A stretch of DNA of 63,584 bases, filler included, from Phoronis australis (Eukaryota > Animalia > Phoronida), in assembly GCA_002633005.1 (NCBI GenBank). It is 8 parts of 8 records of this genome, joined end to end, with 100 filler letters (N's around TTAATTAATTAA, not from the genome) between each part and the next. Parts side by side here need not be neighbours in the genome. Positions count along the whole stretch, not along the records: positions 22,557 to 37,332 come from NMRA01000336.1; positions 37,433 to 41,229 come from NMRA01002836.1; 6 more parts are not named here. The stretch is one strand, 5' to 3'. The position numbers and the translations under genes were made by a program. Below are positions 24,362 through 37,486 of the stretch, piece after piece (within the stretch, counting starts at the first letter, position 1; every line of letters starts with the position of its first letter). Under the pieces are notes generated by a model that saw only the letters and a list, made by a program, of their open reading frames with translations, did not search any database and was not told the DNA's origin.

Positions 24362-25777
24362 GTTGTACTGTCTTTAAAAGTGGGTTACATTTTGCAATGA
24401 TCAGTGCACAAATATTCTGCAGGTTTGATTGAAGATTAGCCTTGATTTCACATGTATGGCTGACATGTAGATTTGGTTGTGACAATATTAAGCATGGTGT
24501 TTATGACATCTCTTCATTCAAGTTAAATGTTATCATTTCTTTCATTACTTTTGTTTCAACACAAAGAGTGCCTTGAGAAATTAAATTTACGTGTATGAAT
24601 TTGTAAGTCTAGAAGTAAACAGGCTAGGAATTGGTACCAGCCTTTAGTCATGTAACTCAGTTTTCGCACACCTATTGGACTGGGATGGGTTCAAAACCTG
24701 AGGTCAACATGTCAAAATCTGGTGATCCCGCAGAATTTAATTTTTAAGTTGCAAGTGAACTGCCCATACTGTTGGTTTGCATCAGGTGTTAATTGATTAG
24801 TCCATCTATAATATGAGGACTAGTAGCTTTGTATCTCCTTGACTTTAATAGCAAAGTACTGACTTCCTATGAGTCTCTGAAACTTGTGCATGCGCACTAG
24901 TGTCATCTATTTTCATTTATACGTATTGGCGTCAGCGCGCTGTCCTAAGAACTAATTTTTGTTCTCCTCCCCTCACTTCCTGTCTTGAGAATTGGATGGG
25001 TCGGTAGGATATTCTGTTTTTCATCATATCGTGCTTGGCGCATGCTGGTTTTTCGTTTGTTGAAAATTTTTTTTTTTCTTATGAGAAAATATTCGTGCTA
25101 GGTTACAAATGAATTGTTGCGTACACGAAAATGAGTTTGTGGTGTGGTTGCAAAGAAACATTGTGCCTTATCTGCAGCTTTGTATTGCTTTCATGGCCAA
25201 AATATGATATGGTCAACACTTCGCGTGGTTCACTCCCCCATGTTTTGTTTCTGTGTGCGTGGTATTGATGGGGCTGGGTTACATAGAACTTCAAAACTTA
25301 TTACTGATTGTTGCATGAGGTCAATACCGTTGTTCAGCGATGGCATTGTCATGTCATTGGGGGACCTAGGATGTGGCAAGGGGGAGGCAACAACTACTTT
25401 TAAGAGACAATGTATCCACATAGGCAATATACTAGCATTTCATCGGAGAAGCCTCCCCCCATTAATCGCTTTTGTATGACCTTGTTATACACTGTATAAC
25501 TGGGCCCAGATATGCATTGTCCTAATACATTGTCCTCTCTCCTTTAGGACTGGTCTGTGTACGTTCACCGGGGCCAGTTCAGCAGCAGCGGTACTTCTCA
25601 TCCCGCTCTCAGTCATNGAAGTATGCATATCCCCTGGGAATAATTTAAGACATGCTTGCATGCACGTGGGAAACAGTGCCTCATTATATTACACAGCTTG
25701 TGAGGCCTGGGAACCAGGTTACAAGCTATTAAAATAAAAACTTATAACTTATAAGTTGTCAAATACCCCCAACATAT

Positions 25778-28236
25778 TGTGACATTGGTTATCTATTTGT
25801 GCAATGGATGCCGCTGTGGACAGCGTTGACTCTTTGGATTCAGAGGTGGAAAAAGGGAGTTTTTGAGCTGGATTACAAATGGCTGACCGAGTTCTCTCGT
25901 GTGCACGTCACATAATTGGGGGCCAGTCCGGGAGACTAAACCGTTCTGACATCTGGTTTATTGCTCTCCCACGTTTCTGTCATCAGTATTTTCTTGTGTT
26001 TATCTTTGGAGACTGGCAGCAGCCATGGACTTCAGTGGTTTTTTGGCGTCACCTACTGTCGATGCCCTATTAGGGTTTAAGAAGCCTGAACTCCTGTCTC
26101 TATCTCAGCAGTTAGAACTCACTTACGTTAAGACACAGTTTAGGAAGGGTGATATTATCAGGTATATTGCTGAGCACTTGGTTGAAGAGAACCGACTCGA
26201 CGAGAGTGAGCTGTCGAAACTTCCTGAGTTCTCTGACAAAGTTATCAACATAGAGTTGGAAAAGCTTAAGCTTGAAGAGAAGCGACTTCAGTTAGAGGAG
26301 AAAGAGAGACAGAGAAAGTCTGAGTTAGAGGAAAGGGAAAAACAGAGGCAGTTTGAAGATGAAGACCTGGTATGATAGGAAAGCTAGGGCTAGAACGTTT
26401 AAGCCAGGTGATAAAGTTCTAGTGTTATTTCCTATACAGTCAAACCCCCTGCAGGCTAGATTCCACGGTCCCTATGTGATACACTCAAGGGTGAATAACC
26501 TGAATTACGTAGTGCAAACTCCTGACCGAAGAAAAGCTAGGCAGCTGTGTCATGTCAATATGTTGAAGCCCTATCATGATAGGTCAGTAGAAGTTGTAGC
26601 CACAGTTGATAGTCAGGGTTGCCATGACAATAGGAACTCTGTAGTTAGCAACAATGTTGACTCTAGTGAGCCTCAGGTGAAGTCTGAGATGGTTCCTTGT
26701 AAACTGACCAACTCAGCAGTTCTAGGGAACATTGAGGCGAAGTTGACTCACTTAGCACCAGCTCAGAAGTTGCAAATGAAAGAGTTAATATGGAAATATC
26801 GAGACTTATTTCCCGATGTTCCTAAGCGGACATCTGTTGCTATTCATGATGTTGATGTAGGGTTTGAAAAACCTATTAAGCAGCATCCATATCGCATGAA
26901 CCCAGAAAAGTGTAAACTTGCTGAGAGTGAGGTTAACTTCATGTTAGAACATGGTTTGATAAAACCGTCTAACTCTGATTGGAGTTCACCATGTGTATTG
27001 GTACCCAAGCCTGACGGTAGTGTGAGATTTTGTACTGACTACAGAAAGGTTAATAATGTGAGTAAGACCGATGCTTTTCCAATACCTCGTATTGATGATT
27101 GTATTGATAAGGTGGGTGCAGCCCAGTTTCTCACAAAGATTGATCTGCTGAAAGGCTACTGGTGCGTCCCATTAACAGATCGAGCCAGGCGAATATCAGC
27201 ATTTGTCACGCCGTCTGGTTTGTACGAGTATAATGTACTCCCTTTTGGCATGAAAAACGCACCAGCGACGTTTCAGAGAATGGTACAGTCACTCAGGACT
27301 TACCCAATACTAGTACCTATATTGACGATCTTGTCACAGGAAGTGATTCGTGGGAAGCCTACCTTAGAGATGTAGAATTGTTATTTCAAAAACTCACTGA
27401 GGCTAACCTAACTGTGAACCTAAGTAAATGTGAGTTTGGTCAGGCTAGTGTGACTTACTTGGGTCATGTCATCGGGCACAGTAAGGTTGCCCCGATAGAT
27501 GCTAAGGTTCAAGCTGTCCAGTCATTCCCAATTCCCACAGACAAGAAAGCCTTGCGTCGATTTTTGGGAATGGTTGGATATTATCGCAAGTTTTGTAAAA
27601 ACTTTGCTCATGTATCATTACCTCTCACTGACTTGTTAAAGAAAAATGTCAGGTTTAATTGGACTGAACGTTGTCAAGAGGTTTTTGTTAAATTGAAGAC
27701 TATGTTGTGCCATTACCCTGTGCTCCAATCGCCTGATTTTGGTAGACCCTTTACGATTGCTGTTGATGCCAGTGATGAGGCTGCAGGTGCAGTGTTATTA
27801 CAACAGAGTGATACAGATGGTGTTGAACATCCAGTCGCCTACTTTTTGAAAAAGTTTAACAGGCATCAGAAAAACTACTCTACCATTGAGAAAGAATTGT
27901 TAGCATTGATTTTAGTGCTGCAGCATTTTGAGGTCTACAAGTGTACAGGCCAGAGGCCTCTCATGGTTTATACAGACCATAATCCATTGGTGTTCTTATC
28001 TAAAATGAAGAACAAGAACAGGCGACTGTTAAATTGGAGTTTATTGCTACAACAATATGACATTGTAGTTAAGCACATAAAGGGGAAGGACAACATCATC
28101 GTGTGACATTGGTTATCTATTTGTGCAATGGATGGCGCTGTGGACAGCGTTGACTCTTTGGATTCGGAGGTGGAAAAAGGGACTTTTTGAGCTGGATTAC
28201 AAATGGCTGACCGAGTTCTCTCGTGTGCACGTCATA
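25778..28236 (+). mobile_element. Internally deleted Gmr1-type Ty3/gypsy LTR retrotransposon (IN-RT-RH order)
   Basis: 135-bp LTRs at 25778-25912 and 28102-28236 (4 differences counted), ATAT TSD, tRNA-Pro-like PBS tgggggccagtccggga. Gag N-terminus, integrase C-terminal GPY module, RT (FCTDYRKVN, PFGMKNAPATFQR, frameshifted YIDD) and RNase H (VDAS, YSTIEKE, TDHNPL). Confidence 0.95.
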
Positions 28237-28649
28237 ATATCCCAAACCAAAAAAACAAGCCCATGTTGCCAGTGTACAGAGTGCAATATGTACACTAAAC
28301 CGTTAATCAAGTCATGAGCAACTCAGTTACAACCACGAGCTCAACTGCAGTCATATTAGACTGAAAATTTCTGCAACACTAAACTGGAGTTAACACATAT
28401 AAGAAAACTGATGATTTTTAAATAAAAAGTATGAGGAGAAAGATAGACAACTTCCAATATTCATTTGACATAGCAGTATAAATAAGTTCGTGGAGACAGA
28501 TTGAGATTCATAGATCAATGAAATTGAAAAAATCTTTATTGAAATTACATACACATGGTAAACAGAGTCACCTGGTGGCTGCCAAAAGTATTGCTCACAG
28601 GTGTCTTTGAAAAGCAAGTAACTGATATGAGTTGTGATCTCACATGGAA

Positions 28650-29165
28650 TTTTTCTGCACCCACAAAAACTTTGTGGTCAGACCGCCTGTCATTATCCTT
28701 TCTTGCCCATCAATTATCTCAAGAACCGCTTGGTGGATCATGATGAAATTTAGTATAGAGGTACTTGGCAAGGATGCGCCTGCACCAGTCGATTTCCAGG
28801 CGGGTTTGGCAATCTTGGTACCCCATGTTGGCCGCTTTAGTTTTCGACAAGTCATTCCTTGTATGTTGATTATCTCAAAAACTGCTTAATTGATCACTGA
28901 CAACGAAAGTCGAAATAGAAGTATATCGCAAGAATGTGCTGGCACCAGTCAGTTTTTGAACGCTGGATTCAACTACTGTGGCACCCCGTTAGTTTTTGAC
29001 AAGACAGGTTGATTATCTCAAAAAGTGCTAGGCAAAACTGGAAATTTGGCATAAAAATATATAGCAGGGATGGATGCGTTGACAGAAGTCATTTTCGTTT
29101 TGATTCGACCACCCTCTTGGCTACTTTAGTTTTTGACAATATTGGACAAGATAACTAGTTCTTGT
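28650..29165 (+). mobile_element. Degenerate Helentron-associated (HINE/DINE-1-like) non-autonomous element
   Basis: T-run start with a short hairpin, repeated attatctcaa(g/a)aa..gct..gaaattt modules, ends ...ttcttgt. Family call by resemblance only. Confidence 0.4.
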
Positions 29166-29516
29166 CTGTCAATCACCTAAGTTCTTAACAGGTCATTCTG
29201 GAGGCAATTTGTTTGCAAGTGTTGGATTTCATATTTTGACCTATTAATTACAAAATCATGGGTCATAGGTTGGAGAAGTAAATGAAAAATATGGGCTGTG
29301 TAGACACTAAATATCCCTCTTGTTACAAATCTGGGACCATCATAGTCTTAGTCTGAATACTAACTTATTCCAAACATGGTCCAGTACTTAGACCTTGAAA
29401 AGTTTAACTTAGTCATTGATTAAACATATAAAATTATTACCTCTCTGGATATTTCCCCATTTTCTTCCCACCTGTAAAATAAATCAATTATATAGACAGT
29501 TACATTTTAGTTTTAT

Positions 29517-30232
29517 AAACAAGAGCAACGCGGAGCGTTGAAATGCGCCCACGAATGCATCACAAATGGTGTGCTTTTAGGGTTGTTTATTTGTGTCATA
29601 AAAATGGCCACTAGATGACGTAAAAACGTACAATCCATCCGGAATGGGAACAGGTCATTGCTTCTTTAATAGAAGGTATACACCAAATTTCATAGAAATC
29701 CGTCATGAAAAAAAAACTGCCACTAGAAGGGCGCCACAGTAGTCAAAGTCGTTGGAAAATCATTGCCAACCATCCTCTTCATAGTAAGAACATGCATGCC
29801 AATTTTCACAATCATGCTTAGAGCAGTTTGGTTGATAGAGGGGTGGACACAAAAAAACAGACTCGAAAACAGTAAAAATGGCCACTAGGTGGCACAAACT
29901 ATGTCGAATCCATCGCAAAACAGGATGATACCATCGTCTCACTAATAGATGCCTATATACCAACTTTTGTGAAAATATATTGAGGACCTTTGAAGATACA
30001 GAGGTAAATGTAAAAAACTAAAATTGCCACTAGAGGGCACACCGGTAGTCGGATCTACCCGAAAGTTCGTTCATGCCGTCCCATCCATGAAGGGAACACA
30101 TGAGCAAAATTTCATGAACATAGTCAATTGGTTTTGGAGATAGAGCAGCGGACACTGGACGGACGCTGCCCAGAGGGACGGACGGAGATGATGGCATAGT
30201 GCGTCCACATATAAATATGTAGATGCATAAAA
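29517..30232 (-). mobile_element. HINE/DINE-1-like non-autonomous element
   Basis: aacaagag terminus with hairpin caacgcggagcgttg, repeated gccactag modules, ggac microsatellite, terminal hairpin and A-run. Confidence 0.6.
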
Positions 30233-30309
30233 ATGATGTATTAGAGAAAGAACCCCTTTATTATTGTGTTCTTGAAAGCAACATCACAGTTGGACCGGTG
30301 GACCACTGG

Positions 30310-32495
30310 CAGGGCTCGACATAACGAGCTGCAGGTCGCATTTGCGACCTGAAATTTGGAAATGCGAGCTGAGATTTTTGTCAGCTCGTATCAAGTCGCA
30401 AAATGCGACCTGGAATTTCCAACGAATGCGAGCTGAGTTTTTACACTTCTCAACAGATACCTGGCACATACAAAGCAGCTCTTGTTAATCCGACCGTTAT
30501 TTGGTCGTTGCCAAATCCAAGTTCAAAACAACACTAACGAGAACAGCCCTCCCGATGACTTGTAAGCAAGTCGCGTGAACATGGGATATGCAGAATCGAT
30601 CTTCGACGCGTTTCATTGGCTAACACTTTCGGCCACTTTTGTAAATTCCCGGATTCGCCGAAGAAAGTTTCGGGCCACTGCTTAATATGTGATAAAACTT
30701 CACAAAACAACGGTGTTTCTATTAATTCTTAAGCGATCAACTTACCAAACTTTGTGGTGGACAAAAATGTTTATTTTTCACATAAGATGTCCTTATTACA
30801 TGTACCAAATATCCACGACAATATCCCTGATATCGCACTGCGGCACCGTTAGCGCGCAAGCGGTCCCGGCAGACAATCGTGACTTAGACTGAGATGTGCT
30901 TCTCCTTTTTATCGTATTAAGACAGCCAAAGTGAAAATTACAACCTTATTAATCGCCAAACGACGGTCACGTCTTTACTTTCAGTCGCCAAGAAATTCTC
31001 AAACCCTTTACTTGTTTCTGGGGCTACGTGCGCGAAATATGATTTGTCTTTCACACGTTGTTGCCAACGTAAAGTGTAGGCCTACTCCAGCGATTCAAGT
31101 GCGTGAACTCACGCGTGCGCACCACTTCAAAGAACAGCGACAGTCCTAAATGAAAGAGTATACCGGCTTGGCTCTGGTTTATTTGAAAATGAACTCAGAT
31201 TCCCAGCGGTTATAAAAGACCCGATGTCCCGGGACCGATATAACCCAGAACTAACGTTATCCTGTTCCGATGTTTCCCGAGGTCGATGTTCTGTAAACCC
31301 TGTATTCTATGCCCGTAGCCAGCTATTGCAACTAAACTGGCACTAGATGCGAAATTGTGGTTCAAGTTAGCGAACTTTTCATTCTTCTCTTTATACACCC
31401 CCCGGCAACTTTTCGCTCCCCGAACCACCTTCGCCGTAAAATGTTCAGACTCCTATAGAAACAACCTTGTTCCGGCTGAAGCGGGCAGTTAAAAAAATCA
31501 TTCCGGGTGGCTAAAAAGGGTACAATGTAGTTGGTAACGATATCCAGAAAGTCACCCCTACCAGATGGAGTTTGCCTCGCAAAATCGTATTATTATAACG
31601 TTTTTTACCATTGCAGCGTTTTAATATCTTATTACCGCAAACACTGAGGTTAACGACTATGCTCACGCACAAGCCTACTCCCTACCTTTAAAGTGTTTCA
31701 TAATAAGCGCTCACTGATCTATTAAAAGTCCCCCCTTAAATTTTGAGAATTTCCAATTAAGCGCCCACAGTTCAAGCTAGCGCCCATCATTGCGCACTAC
31801 AAACGACCGCGTGTGGTTTAAAATTGACACGCAGCTTATATGGTGTGTGTCAGTTTCATTTTACACAACTTCAGTTTTCAAAAACGTCTTTTCACAATAT
31901 GTAAAAACCAAATCCCGGCTTTGTTTTATACCTCGGAAAGAAAGTTAACACTAGTGACGTGCGTGTCGTTTTGCGACTGACCTATTTTTTCCCGTACTTG
32001 GAAGGTATTGAAGAGCAAACTCGCGATTACCCGAGTTAGTTTGAATCGTTAACGACTTTGATGACGGCCAGTAGCAGACCAGATCTAACAAAATCCCAGA
32101 TACTTTTTTCAACGGGCATTTTCTCCCTTTTCACTTCGCAAATTTAGCTACTCGAATGCACAAGTCAGTTAGAGAGCACTGATTCAACTTTCACGCCGGC
32201 AACTTGGCTTGCGCTCTAGAGACTTTCAATGGCGGTCGTGAAGAACAGTAAGGCCGTACCTGCATGAATGAAGTCAATTTTGAGATCCGAAATTTGTGAG
32301 CATTTAACGCTGCAGGTAAGAGCATAATCTAAACATTTTCTCGATGATCTAAAAAATCTATTTTGGCGCGTTAAAATGGCGGGAAAATTTTGCGACCTGG
32401 CATTTACGAATGCGAGCTGGATTTTGAAAATGCGACCTGGGATTTTGGCTAGGTCGCAAAATGCGACCTGGCGATTTTAATAGCGTCGAGCCCTG
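30310..32495. mobile_element. Non-autonomous hAT-like DNA transposon in an ACADL intron
   Basis: TIRs cagggctcgac / gtcgagccctg, subterminal tgcgacc/tgcgagct repeats at both ends, 5-bp flanking duplication actgg. Confidence 0.8.
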
Positions 32496-34744
32496 ACTGG
32501 CATCAAAACTGTTTCACAATTGATTATGGTATAGATACTGCAATTTAGGAAAAAATGCTATATTTCCAATTTTCTGATTTGCAAGTACTCGACACGGCAT
32601 TGCTACAAATATTCACATTTTCCAAATACTTTTTTTTTGGTGACAATACATACTCAAGGACACAGTATCATCAAATGACAATGAAATTTGACAAAAACAA
32701 ATTCCAATCGACCACCATATTTTGTTCTCAACTAAAGTTTCTCTACTGTGAATGGAAATCTATAAAGAAGTAATAAATGTGAGCACAACTCACTAGTCAC
32801 TGTACTCAGACTACAGATTCTAACCCCGTTAAAGTATATATTTTCTGAATATGCAAAGCCAGTACAGTTTGATTTTTGACTTTTCACCAACTTGACTTTA
32901 ATTGGTCATGTGGCCATGTCTTTTTAGTGACATTTAGTAGAAAAAAAGGTACATTGATAGCAAAACAACAGTATCAATAACCTAATTAATTTTTTAATTT
33001 AAATCTTCCAGATGAAATCTCAAAACCGGTGTTACAATTATTAACATAATTATTTTGCTTTTGTCTTGGGCAACTTTAAAATGTTTTTTTCATGAAAATC
33101 AGAAAGTCCTATGTCCTCATGGAAAAGTGGAACATTCTAAAACAATATCACTAACAGTGTTTTGGGAAAGGTGCATAAAAGCCTATTTCACTTGAATTAG
33201 ATCAGCCATTTTGAGAGATATGATGTTCTGAAGTTGGTTAAATATGAATTTTCTAGGTCTTACATAACCTTAACTCAAAACTCTTCAAAGACATGAAGGT
33301 AACATGGCTGTAGATGCGACTCATTGCCGCATGACTTACTTTGAGTGGTGTGGAAGTACCTCTTCTTGGAAGAACCTCCTGCAAGATTGGCGGAAGATGT
33401 CGTTGTCCTCGTTGAATATTCGCCTGGTACCAATATCCATCATGTTGCCGGCTTGTTGTACTTCCGGACGGAAATGTCTGGAGAACAAAATTTTAACACC
33501 GTCACATTGGGATGTCCAGAAGATTGATAATGCATTAACCTAATATGAGTTTACCTAGTGTTATTAAAATAGTTATTTTATAAAAAATGGGAAACAATTG
33601 TTTCATGGTCTCTGGAGGTGCCAAGTAAAATGTACTTTGAAAAATAAAATCTAAAAGGCAACAGGCACATTTTGCAAACTTCTATTAAATGTTGCACGTC
33701 TGTCAGTGCTTGGGTAGGGGGCATTGTGGCATTGCAGAATGGCCATGACTGCAATCGAACCATAAGGGTCTCTACGCAATGCAAAAAGAGCGCATAAATT
33801 TTGAGTATGCACATTTTGTAAATGTCATGTAAAAAAGTGATGCAAGTCACACAAGTATGGTACCTAAGTTAAAAGCATGTTGAACCTGGTTTTAACCAAA
33901 CTAGTACTTCACCCTGTTAAGCTATAAAATATGTTGAAGTTCTTTGGAGAAAAAAAAGCTTCCGGCGTATGGATCGCCTATAGGAGCTGCATCGCGTCTG
34001 GTCAGGGCCAACAGAGGCGATGGTCATTGCCTATGGATATGCATGCATCATTTTCAAATTCAAGACGAACAACAACATGTCGTGAACACATCCACTAAAA
34101 CAAGAAACTGTAGGAACACCGCATTTATCCACCTTCACTCTTATCAGGCTTCTATTGTGAGTCAGCATGCGTGAATAATTGGCTGATAAGCCACCTCTGG
34201 AACTACTTTTGGCTGAATGGATGACCAGGCCATAAAATGATAACATTAGCCAAGACCAGTTACTAATGCAACAAAGAATAGTGTCGTAGTATCATCTAGC
34301 CTTGGTGGAAAGCTGTATACTGTATTGGCTCTAATAAACGCTTAGAAAAAATCATTTCACTTGGAGGGGATTCTTATTGTAGCCTACGGCAGTTGAAAGC
34401 CGGTTTCCCAAACGGGTAAAATTGGAAGCTAGGATTCATAAAATTTACGCTTTGTGACGAATTTTAGCCTATGACAGTCTTTCTACAAAATTGTGGTGCA
34501 TTGCTATGAACTTCCGTTGTTAAATTACGATAATTTTTCAAAAAATTGTGCTCATCACAGGGCGAAAACTTGCCGACTGATGCGTCGCCGCTGAATCGCC
34601 ATCGTCAATAGGAAAACTTGTACTCTTGAATAAAAATATAGTTTCGACTCAACAAATTACCTGAAATCTTCCTGATGTTTTACAATTTTTAAAGTTCATG
34701 TGGAGTCCAGATTAATTGCGATTAAGTCCAAATGTGCGCTACAT

Positions 34745-34910
34745 CGTACTCCACAACAAGAGAAAAATCTCTGGATGAACACACATGTTGTTGTCACGTG
34801 ACGTTTGTTTTGAAGGTCGTCTGTGTATGAGAGTGAGTGAGCGTGCGTGTGCGGGTCATCGACGATAGACTTTTTTGTTACAAAAGGCGGAGGATTATGC
34901 AAGAAAATGG
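34745..34910. promoter_or_regulatory. Putative bidirectional promoter with palindromic E-box GTCACGTGAC (34793-34802) and YY1-like aaaatggcg
   Basis: Lies between the minus-strand ACADL ATG and a plus-strand ATG exon (34907-34954, donor gtgagt). Confidence 0.4.
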
Positions 34911-37486
34911 CGTTTACTAGATTGTTTTTCACTTAAACGGCTGTAACGTGCAAGGTGAGTGCTGGTTAACTCACAGATTTTGTGTGCACAGGCCGACTGT
35001 CGTTAGCTCTGCCGTGGAGTATTAATAGTCCAAGGCTCGATCTACATGTTGGGGACGAAATGAACTACCCGGGCTGTGTGAAATTTCTGGGTCTAACGGA
35101 GACACTGACGCAGTGGTCAGTCAGATCGCTGTATCAAGACTATAGTCAAAATCCAAATTCGTTTTATCGTGTCCCTGTCAATAATAACGGCATGTTAAAG
35201 CCTTCTTAATTTTCGTACTTCAGGAACATAACAATCACGTGTTTTGTACACATACGCGCACGCCGCAGATCACATCTCGGAAATTGCCGATTTGACGGAT
35301 GACAATGAATGAACACAATGAAATTAACAACGTCGTTTTACAGCTTGTAAGATTCATAATAAAAGTATTTTGAATATTGCAATGCATGTGTTCCAAAATC
35401 TAAATAACTTGGGTCCTATATTTTTGTATTAGTGCGCGCCGAATGAAAGTAATCGTGAGTGTTTCTGTGTTGCAAAATCTCTTATCCTGGGCCGATTTGA
35501 AAAATTCAATGTTGTATTCGTATTTGTTTTCGCTCCTCTTTTCAAATATTACAGTAAAAACTACGTAAAATTCTCTCCATAAAAAGTACAGTTGTTAGGC
35601 TAGACTGTAATCAGCTGATCATATCCGCATGAGCGAAGTCAAGTATCCTCGCTCGTGACTCGATGAATAGAGCAGCTTGGCAGCATCCCTTTGAGCATGA
35701 GCCGAGCGCATCTCAGCCAAGGTGGATAAATACGGTCTAGTTCAATTTTCCATACCCCGCCGTTTACCTTAAACACCGGGGTTAGAACCAATTTTATTTA
35801 GTGGGAATGTTCATAGCATGTAATTTTAAGTCACTGTGTGTTGTTCATAGATGTTTCAATGTAGCTTAGTTGTACATTAAAAGAATAATCCATGTGATAT
35901 TGTTAACTCCGATCAGCGTTTGTAAATCACCGAGTGTATCAATACGCACATTTGTTTAATCATACCTAATGTTTGTAGCTTTTAGCTTAAATTGATTTTT
36001 AAAATTCGAAAACCNATTTTCCATACCCCGCCGTTTACCTTAAACACCGGGGTTAGAACCAATTTTATTTAGTGGGAATGTTCATAGCATGAATCGTCTC
36101 TCAATGCCGACAGAGGGCGGGCGCGGCAGAAGGCCAGCGCAGCAGTGAGACAGGTCAAATAACGTCTCACTACAATAGTCAGTGGCACATCCACACAAGT
36201 TACCTTTTGAATACGTTGAGGGATTCGGCGGTAGTTTTAACATTCGGTGAAACATTGTGAAGCACATTCCCAGACAAATTCTTCGCCGTTTTAGTGATTA
36301 AATTTCGCCACATTACAGAAGCCATCTTGAGGAGAGCTTGGTGCACTGAGTAGTTAGGCTGCGGCCGTGGCCAATTTACACTGCCAAAATATTAAAATTT
36401 TGGGGTAGGCCAAGTTTTGGGCAATTTTGCAGGTAGGTATTGCAAGTAGGCCCAGTGAATATGTTTTTTTTTGTATTTATGAACATTCTGAGAATGAAAA
36501 AAGGCTACTTTCTCGGCTGTAGCTGCACTCTTCTTCAAGATGGTGGCCCCCTGTTGCAGTTGTACATTTCTGTGTAGCAACTGAGAAATTGGCCGCGATT
36601 TCAGGTAGCCCTCAAACAAGCCAGATTTGCAAAAAAAACTAGTTGGTTGGCAGTACTTTTGGACCGCATTTTTGGAATCGGTAGGAAATTTGCTATCGCA
36701 ATCAAATGTTGGCTTTAGTCGAACATTTAGTTGTAGCGAGGACAACATACGTCACCAAATCGCTTCGCGTATCTGTCACCGTGTAAAATTTGCACATTAC
36801 AATCGGCAAAAAATCACTCAAAAATGCAATAAATGTGAATAAAAATTACTTCAAAGTATGAAATAATACGTTATTTTACTTAAATGTTAGTCTTTTTTCG
36901 TCGCAAAATCCGTTTAATAATATAGTCCGATTACCCCTCGTCGTCAGTCTCCAAAGGTCGTCCGCCATCTTGTTTCGCGTGCAGCGCTGCCACGCGGGAC
37001 TTAGCGTTCCAATTTGGAACGCTCGTCTGCACGTTAGGTACTAACCTCTCGGGAGAAACACGCGTGGAAGAACTGAGACTAAAATTAATGCATTTACCGA
37101 CTGTTTTTTTGAGACCACTTAAAAACTTGTTGATTTTACTAATGCACTTTTTTGTTCATTTTCAGAAGATATTTTCGAAATTAAATTTTCTTCAGACGGA
37201 ACAAAAAGCAACCCAGGGATTGTTTATGCAATGTATCTATTTGTCCCAGGCACTAACCGACATCTGTTAGGCCAAAGGAAAAACGCAGCAGACAAATGGA
37301 ACACGCTGGGTGCTTAACAGTTTCGGCCCACGNNNNNNNNNNNNNNNNNNNNNNNNNNNNNNNNNNNNNNNNNNNNTTAATTAATTAANNNNNNNNNNNN
37401 NNNNNNNNNNNNNNNNNNNNNNNNNNNNNNNNGCCAAACTCAATTCTACTGAGAGGCTCTTTGAAAAACTGTTGGATTTATTCCAG

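Larger units (their letters stand above)
29441..34744 (-). pseudogene. ACADL: Long-chain acyl-CoA dehydrogenase 5' exons (33340-33477 and 29441-29471; putative presequence exons 34661-34744 and 33978-34030)
   Basis: Spliced HFRPEVQQAGNMMDIGTRRIFNEDNDIFRQSCRRFFQEEVLPHHSK|WEENGEISRE matches the recalled ACADL N-terminus (DIGIRRIFSPEHDIFRKSVRKFFQEEVIPHHSEWEKAGEVSRE). Phases agree. Putative exon 1 has TAG and TAA in frame, and the next exon has a GC donor. Confidence 0.85.

Noticed and set aside
35745-36091. ~75-bp exact direct repeat
   Set aside because: The second copy begins right after a single N, so it is likely a contig-overlap artefact.
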